62,290 bases of DNA from an uncultured delta proteobacterium. Lineage in GTDB: Bacteria > Myxococcota_A > Polyangia > Polyangiales > Polyangiaceae. The stretch spans positions 1 to 62,290 of the forward strand of contig CAIQDA010000094.1 of assembly GCA_903870415.1 (NCBI GenBank), written 5' to 3'. How positions within the stretch are numbered: the stretch's first letter is position 1; each line of letters opens with the position of its first letter. A program made the position numbers and the translations under genes. Below, one piece after another: positions 20,921-28,600 of the stretch. The notes under the pieces were generated by a model, which worked only from the letters and a program-made list of their open reading frames with translations, was not told the origin of the DNA and searched no databases.

Positions 20921-22687
20921 TCAGTGAATCGGCTCGGTGCCGTGGAAGTTGTCGTAGTGGGCGATGGAGATGGTTCGACCGTCGGCCCAGCTTTCGCTCT
21001 TCGGCCCGAGCAGGTCGCGCGCGGCCTCGGAGAGAGGCCCCACCATGCGAAGCGCAAGCAGCTCGTCGACGTAACGGGCTCTCAAATCAAGGCCGTGAAA
21101 ACGGTGACCGCGGCGCACGCTCGCGCGAAACGGCTGGGCGCGCTGACGTGCCCACGCAAGCGCTTTGAGCGACGCGCGGTAGCCGTCAATTGCTGTGAGT
21201 TCGTCGCCTGGCGCGAGCCCCGCTTCGTAGGCGGGCGAGCCCTCGAGAACCTGCGCGACCACAAGCGAACCTTTGGGCTCAAGGAGAAAACCAAGGCGCG
21301 CGCGCGGCTTGCGCTCAACTTCGAACCCGAGGCTCTGGAGCGCGACCAACGTCTCAAGCGTTGCTGGCCGCCGCACCTTGCGCGCCACCCATCCCTCGAG
21401 CGCGGGAAAGCGCGCCTCGAGAAACGCTGCGAAGGCCGCGGTGTCGAAGCCGGGCTTGTTTTCGTATGCGTGATAAAATTCGGAAAACAACGCATCGAGC
21501 GACGAGCGGAACCGCGTGCGCAGAAGCGCGTCGAGCTCGAAGGCCACGAGCATTCCGCCGTCGTAGTAGTCGAGGGTCGCATTCCACGCGCCAGCCCAAC
21601 GCGTGTGATTCAAGAACGTGGCGAGCGACGAGTCGACGAGGGTCGTGTGCCGGTAAGCGGGGCGCACCGTGTGGTGCACGGAGAACGAGACCATGTTCTC
21701 GAGAAAGCGCGACGGCTCCATGAGGCCCGCGCGCACGAGAAGGAAGAACTCGTAATACCTTGTCACTCCCTCACACAGCCATAGCGCATCCGTGTACGAG
21801 CCCTCGGTTCGCGAAGGCTCACGGTACGCGTCGGGCCTGAGTCGCCACACATTCCACGCGTGAAAAAGTTCGTGCGCCGCAACGCGAAGCGCGCAGAAAC
21901 GCGCCTCTTCGTCGATGAAGGCGTCCTCGCCGATGGCGATCATGGTGCCGTGCGCGTGCTCAAGACCCCAGTGGTCGCGCGGGTCGAAGGAGATGATCCA
22001 CGTGTAGCGCTCGAACGGGAATGACCCGAACAGATCGTGGCAAGCCTCGGCGATGCGCACGAGCTCGTCGACGAAGCCTTCGACCTCGGCTTCAAACCCG
22101 ATCGCCTGTTGGCAAAAGACGTGTTCGAAACGGCACCCGCGCACCTGGCGAACGATGACCGTGGGCTCGCCGACAACCATGGGCGTGTCGAGCCATGCTT
22201 CGAACGAAGCAAAGCGATGGACGCGCGGATCTCGCGTCTTTTCCTCGACGCCGGCCACAAGAAGTTGACGTCCGTCGCCCACGTCGACCACGACGTCGAC
22301 GGGGCCGCGCCACTCGGCGGGCACAGGAAATGCGGTCGGCAAAAGGATGCCGCCGTCGTCGCGAAGAATTCCCGCGAGCTCGCCCCACGAGGCGTCGCGC
22401 GCTTGAACCGTCGCGGAGAAAAACACTGTCGAGAGGGTGCCGCCCGCAGGCGCGAGAATGCGAAAACGGCTCAGGCCTTCGCGTTCGATCACGAGCGGAG
22501 TTCCGTCGCCGCCCATCGCGGCGAGCGCGTAGAGGTCGCGGCCATAACGAAGGAACGCGTACGCTCCGGCGACCCACGTGGGCACCTCGAGAAGAAGCTC
22601 GGACACCTCGTTGAGGTCGTGCAGGTCGAGCGAAAGCTGCACCGCGCCCTGCCGGTCGACGCGCACGCGATAGAGGGGAGTTTCCAA
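20921..22687 (-). CDS. M61-family metallopeptidase (glycyl-aminopeptidase-like) with C-terminal PDZ domain
   Basis: AAHELFHAWNV (HExxH), the downstream EGVTRYYE, and PDZ (GSPAYEAGLAPGDELTAIDG). I prefer TTG at 22687, with GGAG 9 nt upstream and 1 nt after the preceding stop. The ORF track extends to 22795. Confidence 0.8.
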   Translation of the reverse strand: METPLYRVRVDRQGAVQLSLDLHDLNEVSELLLEVPTWVAGAYAFLRYGRDLYALAAMGGDGTPLVIEREGLSRFRILAPAGGTLSTVFFSATVQARDASWGELAGILRDDGGILLPTAFPVPAEWRGPVDVVVDVGDGRQLLVAGVEEKTRDPRVHRFASFEAWLDTPMVVGEPTVIVRQVRGCRFEHVFCQQAIGFEAEVEGFVDELVRIAEACHDLFGSFPFERYTWIISFDPRDHWGLEHAHGTMIAIGEDAFIDEEARFCALRVAAHELFHAWNVWRLRPDAYREPSRTEGSYTDALWLCEGVTRYYEFFLLVRAGLMEPSRFLENMVSFSVHHTVRPAYRHTTLVDSSLATFLNHTRWAGAWNATLDYYDGGMLVAFELDALLRTRFRSSLDALFSEFYHAYENKPGFDTAAFAAFLEARFPALEGWVARKVRRPATLETLVALQSLGFEVERKPRARLGFLLEPKGSLVVAQVLEGSPAYEAGLAPGDELTAIDGYRASLKALAWARQRAQPFRASVRRGHRFHGLDLRARYVDELLALRMVGPLSEAARDLLGPKSESWADGRTISIAHYDNFHGTEPIH

Positions 22688-22688
22688 C

Positions 22689-23447
22689 CTAAAACGCTCC
22701 CGCGACGGAAAAACCGAGCCCCATCGGCGCGATTGAAATCGCACGTGAGTCGCTCGTCGAGGCCGCAGGAACAGCTCCGCTCGCCGCTCGCGCAATGGAC
22801 CAGTTCTCTTCGAGGATGGAGACTTGACCCGGCAACTTCGCGAGCATCAACGCACGGACGGCAGCAGCCGCGGCACCGGCTCCGAAGCTGGCTCCGCGCA
22901 CCAAGCGCGACGTGGGCGAATCGCTCTCGGAGAGCGCTTCGTTCACCGCGAATCCCAAGAACAACGCGGACACGACACCCGACGTCCACGCGCCGACATC
23001 GCGCGCACTGCGCTCTTCCCGTGCGGCGATTTTCAACGTCACGTCGACGCGGTGCAACCGGTCAGGATCGCTTGGCGCACCCGGAATCGCGCGAACCTCT
23101 TCGGCCAAACGTTCAACGGGGTCGCTGCCAAAAAACGCGAACGGCGCCGACGCGAGCGTGATGATGCCCGAGCCAAGAAGCGCATACCCGGCCGCGCGTC
23201 CGCTCGTGTCGGTGCTCGGCGTTCCGTCAAGAACGGCCTGGCCACAAGCGGCCAACGCCGCACCAGCCACGAGGCCACCAACGGCTTGAATGCGACGCTC
23301 AACGCCTGCCCGCGAGGCTGCGTTCTCGATCATGGCGTCGAGGGATGGACCTTCGGCGAAGGCCGGCCCTGCGGCGACGAAGACGAGAGCGGCAGCCCGC
23401 GCGGACAGACGAGCGATCACGCGATCACCAGCCCTGTAGACGCTCAC
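22689..23447 (-). CDS. Hypothetical membrane/secreted protein
   Basis: Ala/Gly-rich with about 4 hydrophobic segments. Alternative GTG at 23420 gives the signal-like VIARLSARAAALVFVAAGPAFA and removes the 23-nt overlap with the esterase gene. Confidence 0.5.
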   Translation of the reverse strand: MSVYRAGDRVIARLSARAAALVFVAAGPAFAEGPSLDAMIENAASRAGVERRIQAVGGLVAGAALAACGQAVLDGTPSTDTSGRAAGYALLGSGIITLASAPFAFFGSDPVERLAEEVRAIPGAPSDPDRLHRVDVTLKIAAREERSARDVGAWTSGVVSALFLGFAVNEALSESDSPTSRLVRGASFGAGAAAAAVRALMLAKLPGQVSILEENWSIARAASGAVPAASTSDSRAISIAPMGLGFSVAGAF

Positions 23448-24249
23448 CGACGACGAGCGGGAGCATGCGACGCCACCAAACCCAGTCGTGGTTCACGTCC
23501 CAGCCCCAAACGTCGAGGTTGCACGGAATGCCCTTCGCCGCGAGCTTCGAGGCGAAGCGGCGCGAGGCGTCGGGAAGTTCGTAGTCGCCCTGACCGGTCA
23601 GGATGTTGATCTGCGTGTGGTTTCGCAGCAGATCAAGACCGTGGCTCTCGGGCAACTGGGGGACGTACACCCCAGGGTTGTTGTAGTATACATTGTCGTC
23701 CGAATACCCCTTGAGGTAGTAGTCGCCGAGCTCGTAGAAGCCGCTCATCGCGATGAGCGAGTCGAACATGTCCGGGCGACGGAAGACGGCGTTGGCGGCG
23801 TGGAACGCACCGAAGCTCGCGCCTGCGGTGCCGATACGCGCGTTCGGATTGCCGAGTTCGCGCCGGATGTGCGGAACGACTTCTTCTTCGATGTAGCCGC
23901 TGAAGAGCGCCTGACGGCGGGCCTTCTCGGGTACCGGCACATCACGCTTCATCCACGAAATGTCGTTGATGGTGTTGATGCAGAATACAGAGATTCTTCG
24001 GTCGTGGATCAAGTGCTCGATGGCCTTGATCAGGAAGAAGCGCTCGCAGTCGTACAGGTCGCTCTGGGCCGTCGGAAAGAGGAGAAGGGCGCGGCCCCAA
24101 TTACCGTACCGCACGATGGGCATGTGCATCCCCAGGCGCGGGGAGTGCCAGCCGAACTCTTGTTTCGGTGTCGATGGATCGATGAATTGCACAGTCTCAC
24201 CTCGGTGAAGGCGGCAGAATACGCGAGCCAGCGGAAAGCGCGTGTCCAT
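23425..24249 (-). CDS. Alpha/beta-hydrolase 'putative esterase' family protein
   Basis: GxSxG nucleophile elbow (GASFGAF). General resemblance to esterase D / enterochelin-esterase-type proteins. I prefer the start at MDTRF (24249). Confidence 0.65.
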   Translation of the reverse strand: MDTRFPLARVFCRLHRGETVQFIDPSTPKQEFGWHSPRLGMHMPIVRYGNWGRALLLFPTAQSDLYDCERFFLIKAIEHLIHDRRISVFCINTINDISWMKRDVPVPEKARRQALFSGYIEEEVVPHIRRELGNPNARIGTAGASFGAFHAANAVFRRPDMFDSLIAMSGFYELGDYYLKGYSDDNVYYNNPGVYVPQLPESHGLDLLRNHTQINILTGQGDYELPDASRRFASKLAAKGIPCNLDVWGWDVNHDWVWWRRMLPLVVGERLQGW

Positions 24250-24349
24250 TCGATAGGTTGCACGCAAAAGGTCCGAGGCGAAAACGTCTTGCCCAGCGTC
24301 TCCCCCGCATTCCCTTGCTGGGGCGCGCGCGTGCGCTCGTTTGAGCGCG

Positions 24350-24847
24350 TCAGCCTTCGTCGCTTTGGGGGTCGACGATCGGAACGTGGAAGCACGCAAG
24401 TCTTTCGGTCACTGCGGCGCGAAGGGCTTCGTCGTCGGCGGTCGCGGGCAACTCGAATGGAGAGCCGTCGAACTGCACGAGCACGACGCGGGAGCCGTCG
24501 AGAAACGCGCCGCGAAGCTCTGCGAAGTACGCGGTGTGAACCCGCGGCATACCGAGCGCGTTCGAGGTCCGCGCGGTGATGCGATCGTCGTCCACCACGA
24601 CTCCGGCAAGACGACCGCGAGCCCATGTGCCGGCGCCCGTGACGATGAGCAACGCGCCAAAGATCTTCGGAGCAAGCGCGTCCGGGTTGCCGCGAAGCAA
24701 GCGCGCCACGCTCGGCGACACGAGCCCTCGATCGGCGAGCAACACGAGAACCCCGACCGATGCGAAGAGCAGAAACCACGCGAGCGAGAGGAGCTGCGCA
24801 TAGAGCGGCGCGTGCAGATGACGGCGCTTGAACGTGGCCCCGGTCAC
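24350..24847 (-). CDS. Membrane protein, two TM segments plus soluble (PH-like?) C-terminal domain
   Basis: 165 aa. LLSLAWFLLFASVGVLVLL and IFGALLIVTGAG segments. The GTG start overlaps the upstream stop (GTGA at 24844-24847). Confidence 0.55.
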   Translation of the reverse strand: MTGATFKRRHLHAPLYAQLLSLAWFLLFASVGVLVLLADRGLVSPSVARLLRGNPDALAPKIFGALLIVTGAGTWARGRLAGVVVDDDRITARTSNALGMPRVHTAYFAELRGAFLDGSRVVLVQFDGSPFELPATADDEALRAAVTERLACFHVPIVDPQSDEG

Positions 24848-26193
24848 GTGGGCCTTACGCTTGTTCGGTTTTCATCGCGCTTCGCTTCGCGGCGCTCCTC
24901 GCGCAAGAGAGCGATTTCGCTCTTCGACGGGTTGACGATGAAGAGGCCGTGGTCGGCGTCAACGAGCGCCAAGTCACCGTCCGACGCCCAGCGAAAGACG
25001 CCGGTGACGTCGATGAGCGACGGCTTGCCGAGCAGCTCAAGCAGCACTTTCGTGCGCGGACCTTGCGCGCGTTCGCTGAGGACGAAGGCCACGGGTTCCG
25101 CATGCGCCGAGACCAGCAAGTCGAAGACACCGATGTTGTCCCCAACGAGAACCGCCTTCGATGGCACCCGCGCACGAGGGTCTTCGGCGGCGATCATGAC
25201 GAGCGCGTCGCAAAGATCTTCGATGTCTTTTGCACGCTCTTCGAGGAACGAATCGCGCGCGAACGCCGTGGCTGCACGTGTCGCCAAACGGGCCACGGAC
25301 AAGAGCGCTTTCGCGATGGGTTCGCCCTTCGCAACCTCGTCGAGAGCCACGTCACGCAACCGCGCGTCGGACAGAATCAGCGCGTAGGTTTCGAGGAATG
25401 CCGCGCCCTCGGTGAGGGAGAGTTCACGCGCGCGGCCCTGCCACCTTGTCACGAGGCGCGCAGCGTCGTCGAACGCGGTCTTCAACCGCTTTGCTTCGTC
25501 TTTCGCCGAGGCTTCCACTTTGCGTTTCGGCGCGTGCGCGGCCGGACGCCGCATCGCCGCCATGGCCCCCATGACGCGACCAAGCACGACAGGGCGCCCC
25601 GTCAACGTCACTTTGCGCGTGCCCCCGCCGGCACTGCGCGTCGCCGCTCGCTCACGCTGCCTGTCGATGAGCTCCGCCTGACGAACATACCCCGCGACGA
25701 TGGATCCGATCGCGCACGCGAGTTCCACGTCGGCTTTCGCGAACGCAGGTGCTTCGCGCTGAACGACGATGGCGCCAAGCGCTCCGTTCTTTCCAAGAAT
25801 CGGGACCGCGAGGAAGGCCGGGTAGCGCTCTTCGCCAAGGGTTCCAAAGTGCTTGTAGGCTGCATGCGATTGCGCGAGCTCGGCGGAGATCGGCCTCAAG
25901 TACTCAACGGCCTTTCCCGTGATGCCCTCGCCAACGTTGAGGCGCACCTGGCCGATGGCCTTCGAGGTGAACCCCACGTTGCCGCGCATGACGAGCTCTT
26001 GCCCGTCGCCTTCGACGAGGTAGACCGAGCAAACGGCTGCACCGAAAAGCTTGGCGAAGCGTCGCGGCAAATCGTCGAGCAAGCGCACGAGCGGCATCGG
26101 CGTCGCCGCGAACGACAAGAGTTCGAGGAGCTCGTCGAGGCGCGCATCCCCTTTGGCGTAGACGTGCGGCACACTCTCCGAAGGCCCGTTCAT
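24844..26193 (-). CDS. GAF domain + PTS Enzyme-I N-terminal region (PtsP-like) lacking the PEP-binding C-terminal domain
   Basis: GAF block (GEGITGKAV...FLAVPIL). EI-N blocks FLETYALILSDARLRDVALDEV and FLEERAKDIEDL match E. coli PtsP as recalled. The protein ends after the swivel-domain region at 449 aa. Confidence 0.7.
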   Translation of the reverse strand: MNGPSESVPHVYAKGDARLDELLELLSFAATPMPLVRLLDDLPRRFAKLFGAAVCSVYLVEGDGQELVMRGNVGFTSKAIGQVRLNVGEGITGKAVEYLRPISAELAQSHAAYKHFGTLGEERYPAFLAVPILGKNGALGAIVVQREAPAFAKADVELACAIGSIVAGYVRQAELIDRQRERAATRSAGGGTRKVTLTGRPVVLGRVMGAMAAMRRPAAHAPKRKVEASAKDEAKRLKTAFDDAARLVTRWQGRARELSLTEGAAFLETYALILSDARLRDVALDEVAKGEPIAKALLSVARLATRAATAFARDSFLEERAKDIEDLCDALVMIAAEDPRARVPSKAVLVGDNIGVFDLLVSAHAEPVAFVLSERAQGPRTKVLLELLGKPSLIDVTGVFRWASDGDLALVDADHGLFIVNPSKSEIALLREERREAKRDENRTSVRPT

Positions 26194-26322
26194 GGGGCCG
26201 AACTAGGCGGATTCGCCCGCGCTTCGCAACCCGCCTGGCAACGGAAACGCCTTCGCCGCCGCGCTCGCGTGCACGCGTCCACGCCTTGCGCGTACGCCTC
26301 ATGGGCGCTAGCGGGCCGGCGT

Positions 26323-26757
26323 ATGGGTCACGTTTTTCCTTCTCCCGAGTGGGTGGCCGCTTACCGCGACGCAATCAACGCGAGCGAGGGCTACCGCCGC
26401 GCCGGACGCGATTGGACACACGGTGTGGTGGCGATGGTGGTGAAGGGCGACCCGGCGCTCGGCGTTGAGAAAGACCTCGCCATGATGCTCGACGTGCACC
26501 AAGGCGAATGCCGATCCGCGTCGCTCGTCGATGGCAGCGAGTCGGCGTCGGCCGCGTTCGTGATCGTCAGCGATTACCCTCGCTGGAAGAGCGTCTTGCT
26601 TCGTGAGGTCGATCCGACCAAGGCGATGATGCAAGGCAAACTTCGGCTGACGAAGGGCCACATGCCGACGATGATCAAGTTCGTGCAGGCATCGAAGGAG
26701 CTCGTCGACGCCGCAGGCAACGTGGCGACCGTGTTCCGCGACGCCGCGGCCGTCTGA
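26323..26757 (+). CDS. SCP2 sterol-carrier-like domain protein
   Basis: 144 aa. DPTKAMMQGKLRLTKGHMPTMIKF is the typical SCP2 C-terminal block. ATG at 26323. Confidence 0.75.
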   Translation: MGHVFPSPEWVAAYRDAINASEGYRRAGRDWTHGVVAMVVKGDPALGVEKDLAMMLDVHQGECRSASLVDGSESASAAFVIVSDYPRWKSVLLREVDPTKAMMQGKLRLTKGHMPTMIKFVQASKELVDAAGNVATVFRDAAAV

Positions 26758-26767
26758 GCCGAGAGCC

Positions 26768-27658
26768 TTGACCGTCACCGTCCCCCCCGTGCGCCTTCGC
26801 GTTCGCCGCGGCGGGCTTGTCGGGTTCGCGGAAGAATTCGTCGAGCGCATGGAAACCCATCGCACGATGGAGCGCGCGGGCAGCCTCGCCTTCGATCTTT
26901 TTCTCAGCCTTTTGCCTCTCCTTGCGTTCGGCGGTTGGGCACTCGTGCACTACGCGGGGCCCGAGCTTCGGCAGCACGCGAACGAGGCGCTCGTGCGGCT
27001 TGCGCCCGGCGGTGCAGGCGAGCTCGTCGATGCGCAACTGGAGCTGCTCGACGCGTCCGGTCGCGCGCTGGCTCCTGCGTCGCTCGTGGCCTTCGTGTGG
27101 TCCGCATCGGCAGGGCTTCATACGCTTTTGGCCGCGCTGCGTGCCATTCACGGGTCGGCGCCGTTGCCCTGGTGGAACGTGCGTGCGCGGGCCCTCGCCT
27201 TCGTGGTCTTGAGCGCGGCGGCGGGCCCCCTCGCGGCGTTCGTGCTCACGCGCGCCAGTGCCATTCCCATCGTCGGCGTTCGCGACCTCGCGCGCTTTGC
27301 GTCGGCGATTTTTCTGAGGTCGAGCGCACTCGTGTCTGCTTTTTTCCTCGTCGCGGTGTTTCTCGCGGGGGCTCATCGCGTGGCCCTTTCGCACGCAACG
27401 CGATGGCGCGCGTCGTTTCTCGGGGCCGCGCTTTGGTGCGGCGCATCGTTCGCCTTCGCGCGCTACGTCTCGGTGCTCGGGCGTTACTCGGTCTTCTACG
27501 GAAGCCTCGCGAGCGTCGTGTTGCTGCTCCTGTGGATTTGGCTGAGCGCCCTCACGATGCTCGTCTCCGCGGAGTTCGATGCGGCCGTTCGGTCGTGGCG
27601 CAGGGGCGAGCGGCGCTCCGTCGGCATCCATGACGCGCCGAGTCGTACCGACGCGTGA
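26768..27658 (+). CDS. YihY/BrkB-family membrane protein
   Basis: AGSLAFDLFLSLLPLLAF and YGSLASVVLLLLWIWLSALTMLVSAEF blocks. TTG start as listed. Confidence 0.75.
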   Translation: MTVTVPPVRLRVRRGGLVGFAEEFVERMETHRTMERAGSLAFDLFLSLLPLLAFGGWALVHYAGPELRQHANEALVRLAPGGAGELVDAQLELLDASGRALAPASLVAFVWSASAGLHTLLAALRAIHGSAPLPWWNVRARALAFVVLSAAAGPLAAFVLTRASAIPIVGVRDLARFASAIFLRSSALVSAFFLVAVFLAGAHRVALSHATRWRASFLGAALWCGASFAFARYVSVLGRYSVFYGSLASVVLLLLWIWLSALTMLVSAEFDAAVRSWRRGERRSVGIHDAPSRTDA

Positions 27659-27767
27659 TACGCAGGTATTTTCCGTGATACACGCCTTTTCGCTGGTGGT
27701 TCTTAGCGACGGCCAAAAAAAGATCTTGACGTGATACGCGGTGATGCTACGTAACACGGTGTGACAC
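27654..27767 (+). promoter_or_regulatory. Repeat-containing putative promoter/operator region: 3 x CGTGATAC plus two degenerate copies, with TTGACG / TACGTA -35/-10-like hexamers
   Basis: CGTGATAC at 27654, 27674 and 27730. GGTGATGC at 27740 and GTGACAC at 27761. TTGACG at 27726-27731 and TACGTA at 27748-27753 are 16 nt apart. There is no SD before the GTG at 27761. Confidence 0.4.
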
Positions 27768-28270
27768 ACGAGCCATCCACCCCCGCCTTCGAGCCCGTCG
27801 ACGACGCTGAGAACACGTCCGAGGACGGCGTCGCTCCGTCACGACCGGGCGCGGAAGAGCGCAAGGAGCGGGTCCTCCACACGCGCGTTCCCGCGGTGCT
27901 CGAACGTGAGCTCAAGCGCTTCGCGGCGAACCTTCGCGTGCCGGTGTCGAACCTCGTCCGCGCCATCCTCGAAGACGCCGTGAACGTCGCCGATCGCGCC
28001 ACCGTCAACGTGGAGAACCAGCTTCTCTCGGCGGTGAAGCAGCTCGAAGTCGAGCGCGAGCGCCTCAAGAAGAAGGTGCTCTCGAACCCTCTCGAACACG
28101 CCGTCGCCTTCCAGTCCGTCACGTTGACGAAGCCCGCGACCTGCGCGCGTTGCCAATGCGACCTTCCGAAGGGCACCACGGCCCAGCTTGTCATCAGCGC
28201 TGAACCCACCGCGGATCGGCTCTTTGCTTGCACACCTTGCGCGGCGAATTCCTCGTCCGACGAAGACTGA
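27761..28270 (+). CDS. Ribbon-helix-helix (CopG/Arc/MetJ-like) DNA-binding protein with C-terminal CxxC...CxxC zinc ribbon
   Basis: RVLHTRVPAVLERELKRFAANLRVPVSNLVRAILEDAV fits a strand-helix-helix pattern. The C-terminus has CARCQC...CTPC. Confidence 0.55.
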   Translation: MTHEPSTPAFEPVDDAENTSEDGVAPSRPGAEERKERVLHTRVPAVLERELKRFAANLRVPVSNLVRAILEDAVNVADRATVNVENQLLSAVKQLEVERERLKKKVLSNPLEHAVAFQSVTLTKPATCARCQCDLPKGTTAQLVISAEPTADRLFACTPCAANSSSDED

Positions 28271-28305
28271 CTCATAACCATATCCCATATATAAGAGGTA
28301 ATCCC

Positions 28306-28539
28306 ATGTCTGAAGTAAACGCCACCGTCGAAACCCCGTCCACCGTCGAAGCCGCGCCTGCGCAGACGCCGAACGGCACCCAGGTCGAGTCGCTCGTGAG
28401 CAAGCTCAAGGACGTGGGGATTGCCTGGGCATCGATCGGCATCGAGTCCGGCAAGGTCGCCCTCGAGTCGACCTCGAAGGCCCTCGCAGAGACCGCCAAG
28501 TCGCTCGACGAGCTCGCGAACAAGCTCAAGCAGTCCTGA
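28306..28539 (+). CDS. Small (77 aa) amphipathic-helix protein, hypothetical
   Basis: AAGAGG 7 nt upstream of ATG 28306, within an unusually AT-rich 35-nt spacer. The listed ORF start at 28228 lies upstream of the RBS. Confidence 0.55.
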   Translation: MSEVNATVETPSTVEAAPAQTPNGTQVESLVSKLKDVGIAWASIGIESGKVALESTSKALAETAKSLDELANKLKQS

Positions 28540-28565
28540 CCTCTCGCCTCGCGAGAAACGTTTAC

Positions 28566-28600
28566 GAGGCCTCCGCTTGGCGGCCTCCCCGCTTTCTTCT
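28566..28600 (+). terminator. Weak candidate intrinsic terminator
   Basis: GAGGCC - 10-nt loop - GGCCTC, followed by the interrupted T-rich cccgctttcttctt. Confidence 0.3.

Noticed and set aside
22688-22795. Upstream extension of the M61 peptidase ORF to 22795
   Set aside because: It would overlap the preceding gene by about 107 nt and encodes an Arg-rich peptide. A TTG at 22687 with GGAG 9 nt upstream starts exactly after the preceding stop. This remains uncertain without N-terminal alignment.
26236-26250. Sigma-54-like promoter TGGCAACGGAAACGC upstream of the SCP2 gene
   Set aside because: The GG and GC are correctly spaced, but the -12 element reads ACGC rather than TTGC, and no enhancer-binding protein gene is adjacent. 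This is too weak to call without a position-weight-matrix score.
27761-28539. RHH protein plus downstream small ORF as a type II toxin-antitoxin pair
   Set aside because: At 169 aa with a Zn ribbon, the RHH protein is far larger than typical antitoxins. The 77-aa downstream protein is an acidic amphipathic helix protein with no resemblance to the RelE, ParE, CcdB or VapC toxin folds.
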